Source: a virus (taxonomy: Duplodnaviria > Heunggongvirae > Uroviricota > Caudoviricetes). Taken from it: a stretch of 19,347 nucleotides of DNA. Below are positions 7,618-15,533 of the stretch, piece by piece. The number at the start of each line of letters is the position of its first letter. Positions within the stretch are counted from its first letter, which is position 1. The notes under the pieces were generated by a model that saw only the letters and a program-made list of their open reading frames with translations, was not told where the DNA came from and made no database searches. Location of the stretch: the IMG/VR virus record IMGVR_UViG_3300033121_000823, positions 1 to 19,347 of that record; one strand, given 5' to 3'. The position numbers and the translations under genes were made by a program.

Positions 7618-10600
7618 CTAGTTACATTTTGACCATCCACAATCAATACACTTTTTGCACCCTTCTTCCCTAATTACTTTTCCAGAACACTCTGGACACT
7701 TCTCTTTTTCTTCCGTTCCGTCAGGAATATACTTTTTAAGAACTCTAGCAACTCCACGGGCGAACGAGTGAATTTCCTTAGTCTCTCCAACTTTTTCCAA
7801 TTGTTTTACTACTAAGTGCATATCTGCACCAGAGCGTAGCAAGGCAGACGTTAGCCTGCTAATAATTTCTTCCATCTCAGCCATTGACGCCGTGATTGGA
7901 CTTAACTCCAAATCATTTTCAAATTCGGCTTTATAGAAGTTTTCCCGCTTCTTAGTTATGGTTCCACTTTTCACGGATTTATCCAATATACCGTTTCGGC
8001 ACGCGAATACTTCATAGGGAGTTCCATCTTTTAAGCCAACTAGAACTAGGTATTGCGTACCTCCGACCGTCGTATGGTGAACATCACATGGGAGTTCTTT
8101 TGGTCTACCCTCTTCCTTGTTTTTCTCAACTAAAACACCACTCCTACATCCATCTCTATAAATAGTTATACCCTTACAACCGCTCTTAAAAGCTTCAATA
8201 TATATTTTTGAAACTTCTTCTTCAGTCGCACTGTTTGGTAGGTTAACCGTTGAAGAGATTGCATGACATACATGCTTTTGGGCAGTCGCTTGTAGTTTTA
8301 CCCTATTAACCCAATTTATATCATTAGCCGTACAGTTATACCACGGAGACTTTGCTAGGTCTTTTACTCCAGTTATATTCATCCATTTCTTTACAGTTGG
8401 ATGATAAACTTCGAATTCTTGCCATTTATCTCCAGACTTATCTACGAAGTCGACTCTGGATTTTGTGTCTGTAGAATTGATTTTCTTTCTTCTGATATAT
8501 GGTTCTAATCTGAATAATGGTTCTATTCCAGAAGTTGTTTGGGTTAACAAAGATACAGTTCCGGTAGGAGCGGTTGTTAGTAATGCAACATTTCTTCTAC
8601 CATACCTTTGCATTTTATTATAAATGTCTTTACCGTCTATTACGCCTGGAATTTTCTGACTAACAAATCGCTTTAAAAACTCACAATCCTTTTCTTTCTC
8701 TTTATCCCAACCATCAAAATGACCAAGTTCTTTAGCCATCTCAACTGAGGATTCATAGCAACCCAATTTTAATGCCATATAAAATTTGTCGACCATTTGA
8801 ATAGCTTCATCTGAATCATACTTTAAGTTTAGTGCGGCTAACGCATCTCCAACTGCTGTAACGCCAGTTCCAGTCCTTCTACCAGAATTATTCATTTCTA
8901 ATATGCGAACCCACATATTACGTTCAGCAGCTTTTACTTCGGAAGTTTCTGGGTCTTTATCTATCTTCGCGAGAATAGCTTCTATTTTTTCGGCCTCAAG
9001 GTCTACCATATCATCCATTAAGCGTTGTGCAATAATAGCATGTTCAACAAACAATTTAAAGTCGAAGTAAGCCTTATCAGTAAATGGATGTACGACATAC
9101 GATAATAAGTTTTGGCATAATAGACGGCAACTATCTAAACTGCACATTGTTATTTCGGAGCATGGATTACTACTAACACTTCTATATTTCTCATAACAAT
9201 CGGCTGGACCTAAAAGAATATTGTCCCACATCATAAGCCCTGGCTCTGCTCTTAGCCATGCACTATTTATAATAGTATTCCAAACTTCTTTAGCAGATAC
9301 CATTTTACTTATAGCTGGCGTACTAGTGTCTTCACATGGCCACCGCAATTCATACTTTTCATCTTTTTCTAAAGCATCTAAAAACTCTTTAGATAGACGA
9401 ATGGATATATTTGCACCAGTAACCTCAGTATCATTATTCTTAATAGTGGCAAACTTTAGAACGTCTGGATGATGGACACTTAATGTGAGCATCAATGCTC
9501 CACGACGACCTGAATTGTGAACATATATTCCATTACACCAAAATAAATGTTCACTTTCTAATTGAAGGTCATATGTGTAATCTTCATTAACTTCTTCAAT
9601 ACTTTTAATTCTATCTTGTACTAAGTATGTATTTACTTTTTCAGTAGACTTCAACTTATTAAGCGTAGCAAGAGATAAATATTGAGTATTGTCAGGACAA
9701 TAACTATAATTATTATGTTTAATGCCAAAACTTTTTGCTTTAAAAGGAGATAACCAACATTCTCTTTTTGAAATATATTGACTCTTAGATATCTTAACAG
9801 ATTCAATCAAATCTAGCATTAGTTGTGTAGATGTTTGTCCAACAATACCTAATGTATATAGAGTTTGCCATCCTTTATCACTTCTATCTTCAAATGATAT
9901 TTTTGATAAAATACCAAATGTACTTAAAACACGTTGTGTTGTTTCTAAGAACTTATAATTAATTGAACGAAATCTATATCCAGCCTTTTTACCAGCTACA
10001 TCACCATCAGCATCAAAGTAACCAGCGATAAACGCCTTTTGAACTTCTGGTGGAGAAGCTAAAATAGCATCTGGAAACTCTATAGCTTCTGCTTTTTGTT
10101 TGAGTAATCCATTAAACTTTAAAAAGTTAACAATAGTCTTATTGTGAATAGATACTTTCTCTAAAGCTCCGTCTCCCTGTCTAATTTTTCCTTCATAATC
10201 AAATTCGGTTTTTATATATGATAGTAGTTTATATTTTATTTCTGGATAATCATTAGAACATGCTAATTCTAGAGTTTTTCTAGAGTCTACATATCCATCA
10301 CCATAACTATAACCGAGAATATATGATAATTTTTCTGTTAGCTCTGATGGTAACTTACAATTAGCTGGTTTGTTATTTAAGTTAATATAGCCATTATTTT
10401 TTAACTTAAAATAGGAAGAAGTTTGAGAACTATTTCCTATACATAGTACAATACTACTACCAGCTTCTAAGTCAGAAAGTTTCGTTTCTGTTAGTTTTCC
10501 ATCATCATCAAAAGTTTGATAAATATGGTCTATAGATGAAGTAACTGAGTAACCATTTTCAGTAGTTACCTTAAATAACTTTTTCTTACCATTATTAAAG

Positions 10601-11238
10601 ACTTTAACTACGCGAGTCCAACCATCTTTAGTCCAAACCATTTCTTCTGACTTAACAAGCTTAATCTTCTTAAGACCATTACTAGTAAGTACTAAAGAAT
10701 CGCCATGTAAACATTGACCAACCTCTCTAATGCTATTTGAATAACGACGCATCCAACTTACTATACCGGTGGATGTTTTAGATGCATTATTAGTTATAGT
10801 TCCTTCTGGGCGAAGCTTAGATAAATCTATGCCTACGCCACCTCTTCTCTTACTTATATTTACTAATTGCTTATCTATATCAAGAATGCTATTATATGAA
10901 TCTTCCGGCAGGTCAAGTACAAAACAATTACTTAATGAGACTGTTTGAAAATTATTGCCAATTCCAAACATTGGCGAACCTTGTGGAATAATATACTTAA
11001 AATTTTTAAAAAGATTATATATACTATCTTCTGACAATGGATTTTTAAATTTTCCGCTATCTATTCTTGCAAATTCTTTTGACATTCTTTTATGCATTGC
11101 GTCTGGCGTTTTTTCATAGAGATTATCTTTACAGTCTCGTAATGCATATTTATCTAAAAAGACTTTAGCGGCTAAATCATCACCATTGAAATATTCTGTT
11201 GAAGCTGATATTGCTTCATCATATGTATATGTCTTCAT
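7618..11238 (-). CDS. nrdJ: Adenosylcobalamin-dependent (class II) ribonucleotide reductase, intein-containing (1206 aa precursor, about 806 aa spliced)
   Basis: SNCF, GGVGIDLSKLRP, GRRGALM, NPCSE active site, APTGTVS, C-terminal TSCPD-like region and zinc ribbon (CPEC...CIDCGWSKC); no beta-subunit gene nearby. Start ATG 11238 with AGGAG SD. Confidence 0.92.
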   Translation of the reverse strand: MKTYTYDEAISASTEYFNGDDLAAKVFLDKYALRDCKDNLYEKTPDAMHKRMSKEFARIDSGKFKNPLSEDSIYNLFKNFKYIIPQGSPMFGIGNNFQTVSLSNCFVLDLPEDSYNSILDIDKQLVNISKRRGGVGIDLSKLRPEGTITNNASKTSTGIVSWMRRYSNSIREVGQCLHGDSLVLTSNGLKKIKLVKSEEMVWTKDGWTRVVKVFNNGKKKLFKVTTENGYSVTSSIDHIYQTFDDDGKLTETKLSDLEAGSSIVLCIGNSSQTSSYFKLKNNGYINLNNKPANCKLPSELTEKLSYILGYSYGDGYVDSRKTLELACSNDYPEIKYKLLSYIKTEFDYEGKIRQGDGALEKVSIHNKTIVNFLKFNGLLKQKAEAIEFPDAILASPPEVQKAFIAGYFDADGDVAGKKAGYRFRSINYKFLETTQRVLSTFGILSKISFEDRSDKGWQTLYTLGIVGQTSTQLMLDLIESVKISKSQYISKRECWLSPFKAKSFGIKHNNYSYCPDNTQYLSLATLNKLKSTEKVNTYLVQDRIKSIEEVNEDYTYDLQLESEHLFWCNGIYVHNSGRRGALMLTLSVHHPDVLKFATIKNNDTEVTGANISIRLSKEFLDALEKDEKYELRWPCEDTSTPAISKMVSAKEVWNTIINSAWLRAEPGLMMWDNILLGPADCYEKYRSVSSNPCSEITMCSLDSCRLLCQNLLSYVVHPFTDKAYFDFKLFVEHAIIAQRLMDDMVDLEAEKIEAILAKIDKDPETSEVKAAERNMWVRILEMNNSGRRTGTGVTAVGDALAALNLKYDSDEAIQMVDKFYMALKLGCYESSVEMAKELGHFDGWDKEKEKDCEFLKRFVSQKIPGVIDGKDIYNKMQRYGRRNVALLTTAPTGTVSLLTQTTSGIEPLFRLEPYIRRKKINSTDTKSRVDFVDKSGDKWQEFEVYHPTVKKWMNITGVKDLAKSPWYNCTANDINWVNRVKLQATAQKHVCHAISSTVNLPNSATEEEVSKIYIEAFKSGCKGITIYRDGCRSGVLVEKNKEEGRPKELPCDVHHTTVGGTQYLVLVGLKDGTPYEVFACRNGILDKSVKSGTITKKRENFYKAEFENDLELSPITASMAEMEEIISRLTSALLRSGADMHLVVKQLEKVGETKEIHSFARGVARVLKKYIPDGTEEKEKCPECSGKVIREEGCKKCIDCGWSKCN
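9514..10713 (-). mobile_element. Intein with LAGLIDADG homing endonuclease (400 aa) in nrdJ
   Basis: Begins CLHGDSLV (Cys1), ends VHN followed by extein Ser. LAGLIDADG motifs ILGYSYGDG and FIAGYFDADG. Excision restores REVGQ-SGRRGALM. Confidence 0.95.
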
Positions 11239-11349
11239 TCTTTCTCCTATAAATGAATAGGGGCCTCTATACAAGGCCCACCTGCTTATCTAGTTGTCAT
11301 TTCATATCTATTCAATTTAGGATATATTTACAAACAGATTTTCAAAATT

Positions 11350-12522
11350 TTAATTGAAAACCTCAATCAATTCTAAGTTATGAGAATTTAAAAATTGTTC
11401 CACCATATCTTTTTCCAATTCTCTATCAGCAAACGACTGTCCAGTTAAATAATATATTTTCCTGATATTAGCGTTCCACAATGTTATTAAACAGTTATAA
11501 CATGGATGACCAGTAATATATGCTGTACATTTTTCGAATGTATGCGGACTAATAATACAATTAGTAATTGCATTTATTTCTGCGTGTATTATATTGTCAT
11601 ATTTTTGAGGGCGAGTATTAGCTAGTATTAAGTCTGTTGACTCTACTGGAAATCCATTATAACCAGTCCCTATAATTTGATTTTTAGGATTGGTAATTAC
11701 ACATCCATGTTTGGTTTGTGCATCATGACTTCTTTTAGAGACTGTTTGAGCTATATTAATAAAATATTGCTCCCAAGTTGGGCGTATATTAGTATTAATA
11801 TAAGCCTTATTATTTAAGTAAATTTTACCACAAATATCAATAAAATGTTCAAAAGGGTATTCTTGCTTCATTTTATTTACATGCTTGTGTACCCACCACA
11901 CGTTTTCTTCAGTATATCCTTTGCTACTATCTATCCTATCTAGGGAGGCAGTATGATTTTCAATATTTTTATCTTTCCTACTATCACACATAGTGATGTC
12001 AACATTGGATATTGCGCATTTTCCACCCTGTTTTACAAACAAATCCCATGCAAATTCTTTAGTTAATTCAAAATTTATCCCTCTAGATTTCGCTGAATTT
12101 TTGATAGAACTCCAAAAATATCCACTTAAATTACCAATACCTCTATAACTATTCCTTTTAATTCCTTTATTATTTAAAAGACATCCGCAAGATTTAATTT
12201 CTCCAGAAGTAATCCTTGAAGCAACTACTTGAGTATAATTTCCACAATCACATTTACATCTCCATAAAGCCTTACCATGTAATCTACCTACTATTTTTAT
12301 CGGTGTTAATAGATTATACTTAGTATTTGTCAAATCCAATATATCAAGGCAACCACAATGAATTACTTTATTATCTTTTATTTTCTTATTGATATAATCT
12401 CTACGAGAATCAAATATAGTTCCACAAACACATCTGATTTCAACATGATTGCGACCATTTACAGTATACTCTCTAACAATATCTAGAGATGTTGTCTCAT
12501 GTAGTTTTATCTTAGAGGGCAT
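11350..12522 (-). CDS. Fusion: HNH-like homing endonuclease (about aa 1-240) plus dCMP deaminase (about aa 247-390)
   Basis: N-terminal part: CxCG...CGC zinc modules (WRCKCDCG...KSCGC) and His-Me finger SLDRIDSSKGY...NVWWVHKHVNKMK. C-terminal part: RPTWEQYF, GTGYNG, HAE and PCxxC deaminase motifs. One open frame. Confidence 0.88.
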   Translation of the reverse strand: MPSKIKLHETTSLDIVREYTVNGRNHVEIRCVCGTIFDSRRDYINKKIKDNKVIHCGCLDILDLTNTKYNLLTPIKIVGRLHGKALWRCKCDCGNYTQVVASRITSGEIKSCGCLLNNKGIKRNSYRGIGNLSGYFWSSIKNSAKSRGINFELTKEFAWDLFVKQGGKCAISNVDITMCDSRKDKNIENHTASLDRIDSSKGYTEENVWWVHKHVNKMKQEYPFEHFIDICGKIYLNNKAYINTNIRPTWEQYFINIAQTVSKRSHDAQTKHGCVITNPKNQIIGTGYNGFPVESTDLILANTRPQKYDNIIHAEINAITNCIISPHTFEKCTAYITGHPCYNCLITLWNANIRKIYYLTGQSFADRELEKDMVEQFLNSHNLELIEVFN

Positions 12523-12533
12523 ATATGTTATTC

Positions 12534-12737
12534 CTAGTCTCTGCGTCGTCGCTTCTCGTCGAAATTATAATACTCATCATCAAATGAGTATCTATCCACG
12601 TCTTTCTGTTTACCGGAATCCGCTCGCCTATTATCGGAATCAGGTTCATCATGGATTTGTCTTTTATGTCGCTGTAATCTTCCATTCTTTAATCGCTCTT
12701 TATCTTTTTTCGAGAGACCTCGGTATGTCCTACCCAT
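12534..12737 (-). CDS. Small highly charged protein (67 aa)
   Basis: ORF overlapping the upstream stop; basic N-terminal half, acidic middle. Confidence 0.65.
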   Translation of the reverse strand: MGRTYRGLSKKDKERLKNGRLQRHKRQIHDEPDSDNRRADSGKQKDVDRYSFDDEYYNFDEKRRRRD

Positions 12738-13542
12738 ACTTCACCATAGAAAAATCTACCTCTTGATGACAACCAACAAACTTGTTACTCATAATACTTG
12801 TTAAATCTATTTTAAGGCCGCCCATATACATCTTATTTAACTCTTCAACAGACCTTCCATAATACACGCCGGAAGTAGTTATTCCTGACATATTATTGAA
12901 AGGAATGTTTACCGTGACAGATTCCTTAAAAGATTTAATAGAAGAAAAATGGTAGCGGTGCCGGAATAAATACGTTTCTAACTGATTCGTTGTCTTAAAG
13001 ACGTTCTTCGGGCACAGCAATGCACATATTTTTTCCCTATTAAATACATGGAGGTCTAATCCTGTTGGATATCCATAATTGTTATTTGGATGATAGTCCA
13101 ATGGATTCCACTCTACGGTAGGAATGTTATTGAATATTCCGTTCTTATAACGGTTAAGAGGCGGTTGTACAGCTCCTCTATACATATCTTGAACAATTGT
13201 ATTTAGTCCAAGACGTAAAGAAAAGACTTCGCCCTCATTTAAAGAAAGTCCTTTTAAAGAAAAAGGTCTTATGCATACCGTATCATCTGTAGAGAAGGCA
13301 AAATTCCGATGATTGCATTTTAGAGACGCAACCGTATTTTCATAAAAATCGGTCTCCTTAACAAAGGATACCGTCTTAAATCTGTATGCCACCTTAGAAT
13401 AGGCATCCTCGAAAAGAGATGAGGACGCCTTATAAATAACTTCAATATCAAAAGATTCGCCCGAAAGCACTTCTAAACTTTCCAGTAGTAGATGTAATTG
13501 ACAGGCTCTATCCTTAGACCAAATTAGGAGCTTAGTTTCCAC
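12730..13542 (-). CDS. Glycosyltransferase (GT-A fold)-like protein
   Basis: N-terminal LLIWSKDRACQLHLLLESL and a DxD-like FSTDD after a beta strand; GTG start. Confidence 0.55.
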   Translation of the reverse strand: METKLLIWSKDRACQLHLLLESLEVLSGESFDIEVIYKASSSLFEDAYSKVAYRFKTVSFVKETDFYENTVASLKCNHRNFAFSTDDTVCIRPFSLKGLSLNEGEVFSLRLGLNTIVQDMYRGAVQPPLNRYKNGIFNNIPTVEWNPLDYHPNNNYGYPTGLDLHVFNREKICALLCPKNVFKTTNQLETYLFRHRYHFSSIKSFKESVTVNIPFNNMSGITTSGVYYGRSVEELNKMYMGGLKIDLTSIMSNKFVGCHQEVDFSMVKYG

Positions 13543-13672
13543 TTAAATTAATTCCTGCCGTAAAGGCTTTATACAAAGTACTGTCGTACTCGTTTGTTAA
13601 ATTAGGTAATCTTCCAAAGTTTGACTCAAACCATTGTTCAAAATATCTTGAGATGATATCTTTGTTTACCAT
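13532..13672 (-). CDS. Small hypothetical protein (46 aa; not in the ORF track)
   Basis: MVNKDIISRYFEQWFESNFGRLPNLTNEYDSTLYKAFTAGINLSGN. TAATG overlap with the upstream ORF; fills the gap exactly. Confidence 0.6.
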   Translation of the reverse strand: MVNKDIISRYFEQWFESNFGRLPNLTNEYDSTLYKAFTAGINLSGN

Positions 13673-13875
13673 TAGATTAGATTTCTCCGATTTAGGGCCT
13701 TTCGCGTAAGTTCGCGGGCCTTCTTAATACCATTTCGGCGTAGTAACTTTCTTACTTCGCCAGCACCGTCTGTAAAACTAGCAGCCTTACTAATTTCACG
13801 GTAAGTAGCACCGCGAGCAAATGTTTGTAACTCACCAACATCAACACTACCTACAATCTTTTCCCAATTTGTCAT
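13672..13875 (-). CDS. Small basic hypothetical protein (67 aa)
   Basis: AGGAG SD upstream; Arg/Lys-rich C-terminal half. Confidence 0.7.
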   Translation of the reverse strand: MTNWEKIVGSVDVGELQTFARGATYREISKAASFTDGAGEVRKLLRRNGIKKARELTRKALNRRNLI

Positions 13876-13878
13876 TTC

Positions 13879-14070
13879 TTAGTCTCCTAAATATCTTTCA
13901 GCACTTTCCTTAGAAGTATAACACGACATACTTAACTCAGTTCTAACTGAACCATCCTCATTAAAGATTGGCCGCGCTAACTTCCACACTTTTTCCACTC
14001 GAAACTTTCCTTTACCACGACGTAAAGGATTATCCTCGTCCAACTCGACTTCAACCGCCGATACCCACAT
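13879..14070 (-). CDS. Hypothetical protein (63 aa)
   Basis: AGGAG SD 6 nt upstream of the ATG. Confidence 0.7.
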   Translation of the reverse strand: MWVSAVEVELDEDNPLRRGKGKFRVEKVWKLARPIFNEDGSVRTELSMSCYTSKESAERYLGD

Positions 14071-14097
14071 ACTTTTCTCCTATTACTTTTTAAGAAG

Positions 14098-14176
14098 AGG
14101 CTAAGTGCAGATTCGAACTACATACCAGAAGTTTTGCAAACTTCCTCCTCACCATGAGGATTTAGGTTACTTAGCC
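14098..14176 (-). tRNA. tRNA-Cys(GCA) with enlarged D-loop
   Basis: Acceptor GGCTAAG/CTTAGCC, anticodon arm GAAGT-TTGCAAA-ACTTC, T-loop TTCGAAT, U73; no encoded CCA. Confidence 0.8.
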
Positions 14177-14443
14177 ACACTTTGTGAATGATATATTAAT
14201 ATTTTCACTACCACGTATGATACTTCTATTTAATTTACCTAAGTATTTAGTACCATCTAAGGTAAAATAAAACCAACCTTTATATTCATCAATGATGATT
14301 AAATCTACAGCTTTAGTTGGGAGAGCATTTTCTATATACTCTTTGTTTGTATTAGGTTTTGTTCCTGCATCAATTTTAGGATTAGATAGAACAACTAAAA
14401 TTAGAATAAAATTAACAATACTAATAAAGGTTAAATATTTCAT
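14171..14443 (-). CDS. Small membrane-anchored protein (90 aa)
   Basis: GGAGG SD; N-terminal hydrophobic helix; last 6 nt overlap tRNA-Cys. Confidence 0.7.
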   Translation of the reverse strand: MKYLTFISIVNFILILVVLSNPKIDAGTKPNTNKEYIENALPTKAVDLIIIDEYKGWFYFTLDGTKYLGKLNRSIIRGSENINISFTKCG

Positions 14444-14456
14444 ATATCCTCCATTG

Positions 14457-14530
14457 TGGAGCGTCTACTGAGAATTGAACTCAGTCTTATACCTTGGCAA
14501 GGTATCGTGCAGCCAAAACACTTTAAACGC
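14457..14530 (-). tRNA. tRNA-Gly(GCC)
   Basis: GCGTTTA/TAGACGC acceptor, ATACC-TTGCCAA-GGTAT, T-arm CTGAG-TTCAATT-CTCAG, U73, encoded CCA. Confidence 0.92.
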
Positions 14531-14545
14531 ATCGTCTTACACCCA

Positions 14546-14623
14546 GTAATAGACTATACAAGATAAAGCGGGTTTCAGACTTAGCCAATTTAGTTTAGTT
14601 GCTGTCTATATCTTATCTATTAC
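14546..14623 (-). ncRNA. 78-nt bulged long-stem RNA element containing CAGCAA
   Basis: GTAATAGA/TCTATTAC (8 bp), TAAGATA/TATCTTG (7 bp) and TAGAC/GTCTG (5 bp) nested helices, read by eye. Confidence 0.5.
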
Positions 14624-14634
14624 ATTTAAGCTAG

Positions 14635-14705
14635 TGCGTGTAGTCGGTGCTGCCCCGACGCTCTTTGATTGGAAGTCAAAAGTACTACTGTTATACTATA
14701 CACGC
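14635..14705 (-). tRNA. tRNA-Gly(UCC), atypical T-loop
   Basis: GCGTGTA/TACACGC, TTTGA-CTTCCAA-TCAAA, GTCGG-GGCAGCA-CCGAC; A73; no CCA. Confidence 0.8.
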
Positions 14706-14726
14706 ATATATATTTTTCAATATGAG

Positions 14727-14797
14727 TGAACTATCGAAGAATCGAACTTCAATTTTCTGCTTCAAAGGCAGTCGTAATACCATTATACGAATAGTTC
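14727..14797 (-). tRNA. tRNA-Gln(UUG)
   Basis: GAACTAT/ATAGTTC, loop CTTTGAA, T-loop TTCGATT; no CCA. Confidence 0.88.
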
Positions 14798-14800
14798 AAG

Positions 14801-14815
14801 CGGCACTATGTGCCG
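14801..14815. other. GC-rich 6-bp hairpin/palindrome just 5' of tRNA-Gln
   Basis: CGGCAC-TAT-GTGCCG. Confidence 0.5.
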
Positions 14816-14831
14816 AAATACATTAATTATT

Positions 14832-15030
14832 TGGAGTTTTTAGACGGCTTATGGCGACCGTCTCTAGTCTGTCAGATGGACACCAATAACTGTTCGTGGC
14901 CTCTATGTCTTGCGACACCAGTATTGGCTAGCATTTAATGGTCTGTAATTTTAATGTCCTCGCCCTCAAATTGTATGACTTCGTTTAGCTCCCGTTAGAT
15001 AAACTACTCTTGTCATATTTCATTGCCAAA
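14832..15030 (-). ncRNA. Candidate structured non-coding RNA between tRNA-Trp and tRNA-Gln
   Basis: No minus-strand ORF longer than about 22 codons; several helices, including TGTC-GCAA-GACA and AGACGG/CCGTCT; minus strand reads ...CTCCA at 14832. Confidence 0.35.
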
Positions 15031-15064
15031 TATTGAACACCCACAATACTCATAATGTATCAGG

Positions 15065-15135
15065 CAGGTCGGGAGGGAATTCAACCCTCTCTGTTTATTT
15101 TGGAGACAAACGTGCTCGCGGTACACTACCGACCT
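15065..15135 (-). tRNA. tRNA-Trp(CCA)
   Basis: AGGTCGG/CCGACCT, loop CTCCAAA, GAGGG-TTGAATT-CCCTC, G73; no encoded CCA. Confidence 0.85.
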
Positions 15136-15146
15136 GTATGCATCAT

Positions 15147-15175
15147 ATTATACGCCATCCTGGCGTTAGATGCAA
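15147..15175 (-). promoter_or_regulatory. sigma70-type promoter for the tRNA-Trp...tRNA-Cys run
   Basis: TTGCAT-17 nt-TATAAT, with the -10 box ending 11 nt before the tRNA-Trp 5' end. Confidence 0.7.
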
Positions 15176-15176
15176 G

Positions 15177-15533
15177 TTATTCATGACTAATTTCCTCGAC
15201 GGTTACTGTCTCATCATGCTTTACTATTAATCGCCCTTCTCCAAGAAATTGAAGAATCTTTTCTGGAATAGTTCCAACGATTGAGGAAATTTTCTCATAT
15301 AGAGCCTTTTGCTCTTTATTATCCCAATCATACTGTTCACCATTAACTAATATGGAACATGCCCCATCGTGTACAGAAAATTCACACGGCTCACCGTCAT
15401 TAAAATATGGTGTATATTGTGTCCAACTAATAGTTTGGATAGTTGGATGTTCTATGAAAACGTCGTATAATGAATCAAAAACAGCCTCTTCAGCAATTGC
15501 CATCATTGCTTCTAGATACTTAGTATGTTGCAC
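15177..15533 (-). CDS. Unknown-function protein, NDG[ED]PC family, paralog 3 (118 aa)
   Basis: ISWTQYTPYFNDGEPCEFSVH; GTG start with GAGGAG upstream. Confidence 0.8.
   Translation of the reverse strand: MQHTKYLEAMMAIAEEAVFDSLYDVFIEHPTIQTISWTQYTPYFNDGEPCEFSVHDGACSILVNGEQYDWDNKEQKALYEKISSIVGTIPEKILQFLGEGRLIVKHDETVTVEEISHE

Noticed and set aside
11239-11349. Cobalamin riboswitch, NrdR box or promoter upstream of nrdJ; hairpin GGGCCT/AGGCCC
   Set aside because: The gap is too short for a B12 riboswitch, and no convincing NrdR box or -10 element is present. The hairpin is real but lacks a U-tract, so no function was assigned.
11760-11800. Independent start for the dCMP deaminase domain
   Set aside because: No in-frame ATG/GTG or SD near RPTWEQYF; treated as a fusion.
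14832-15030. tmRNA or a split/intron-containing tRNA
   Set aside because: Too short for tmRNA; no TTCRA T-loop, and no convincing acceptor partner for the CTCCA end.
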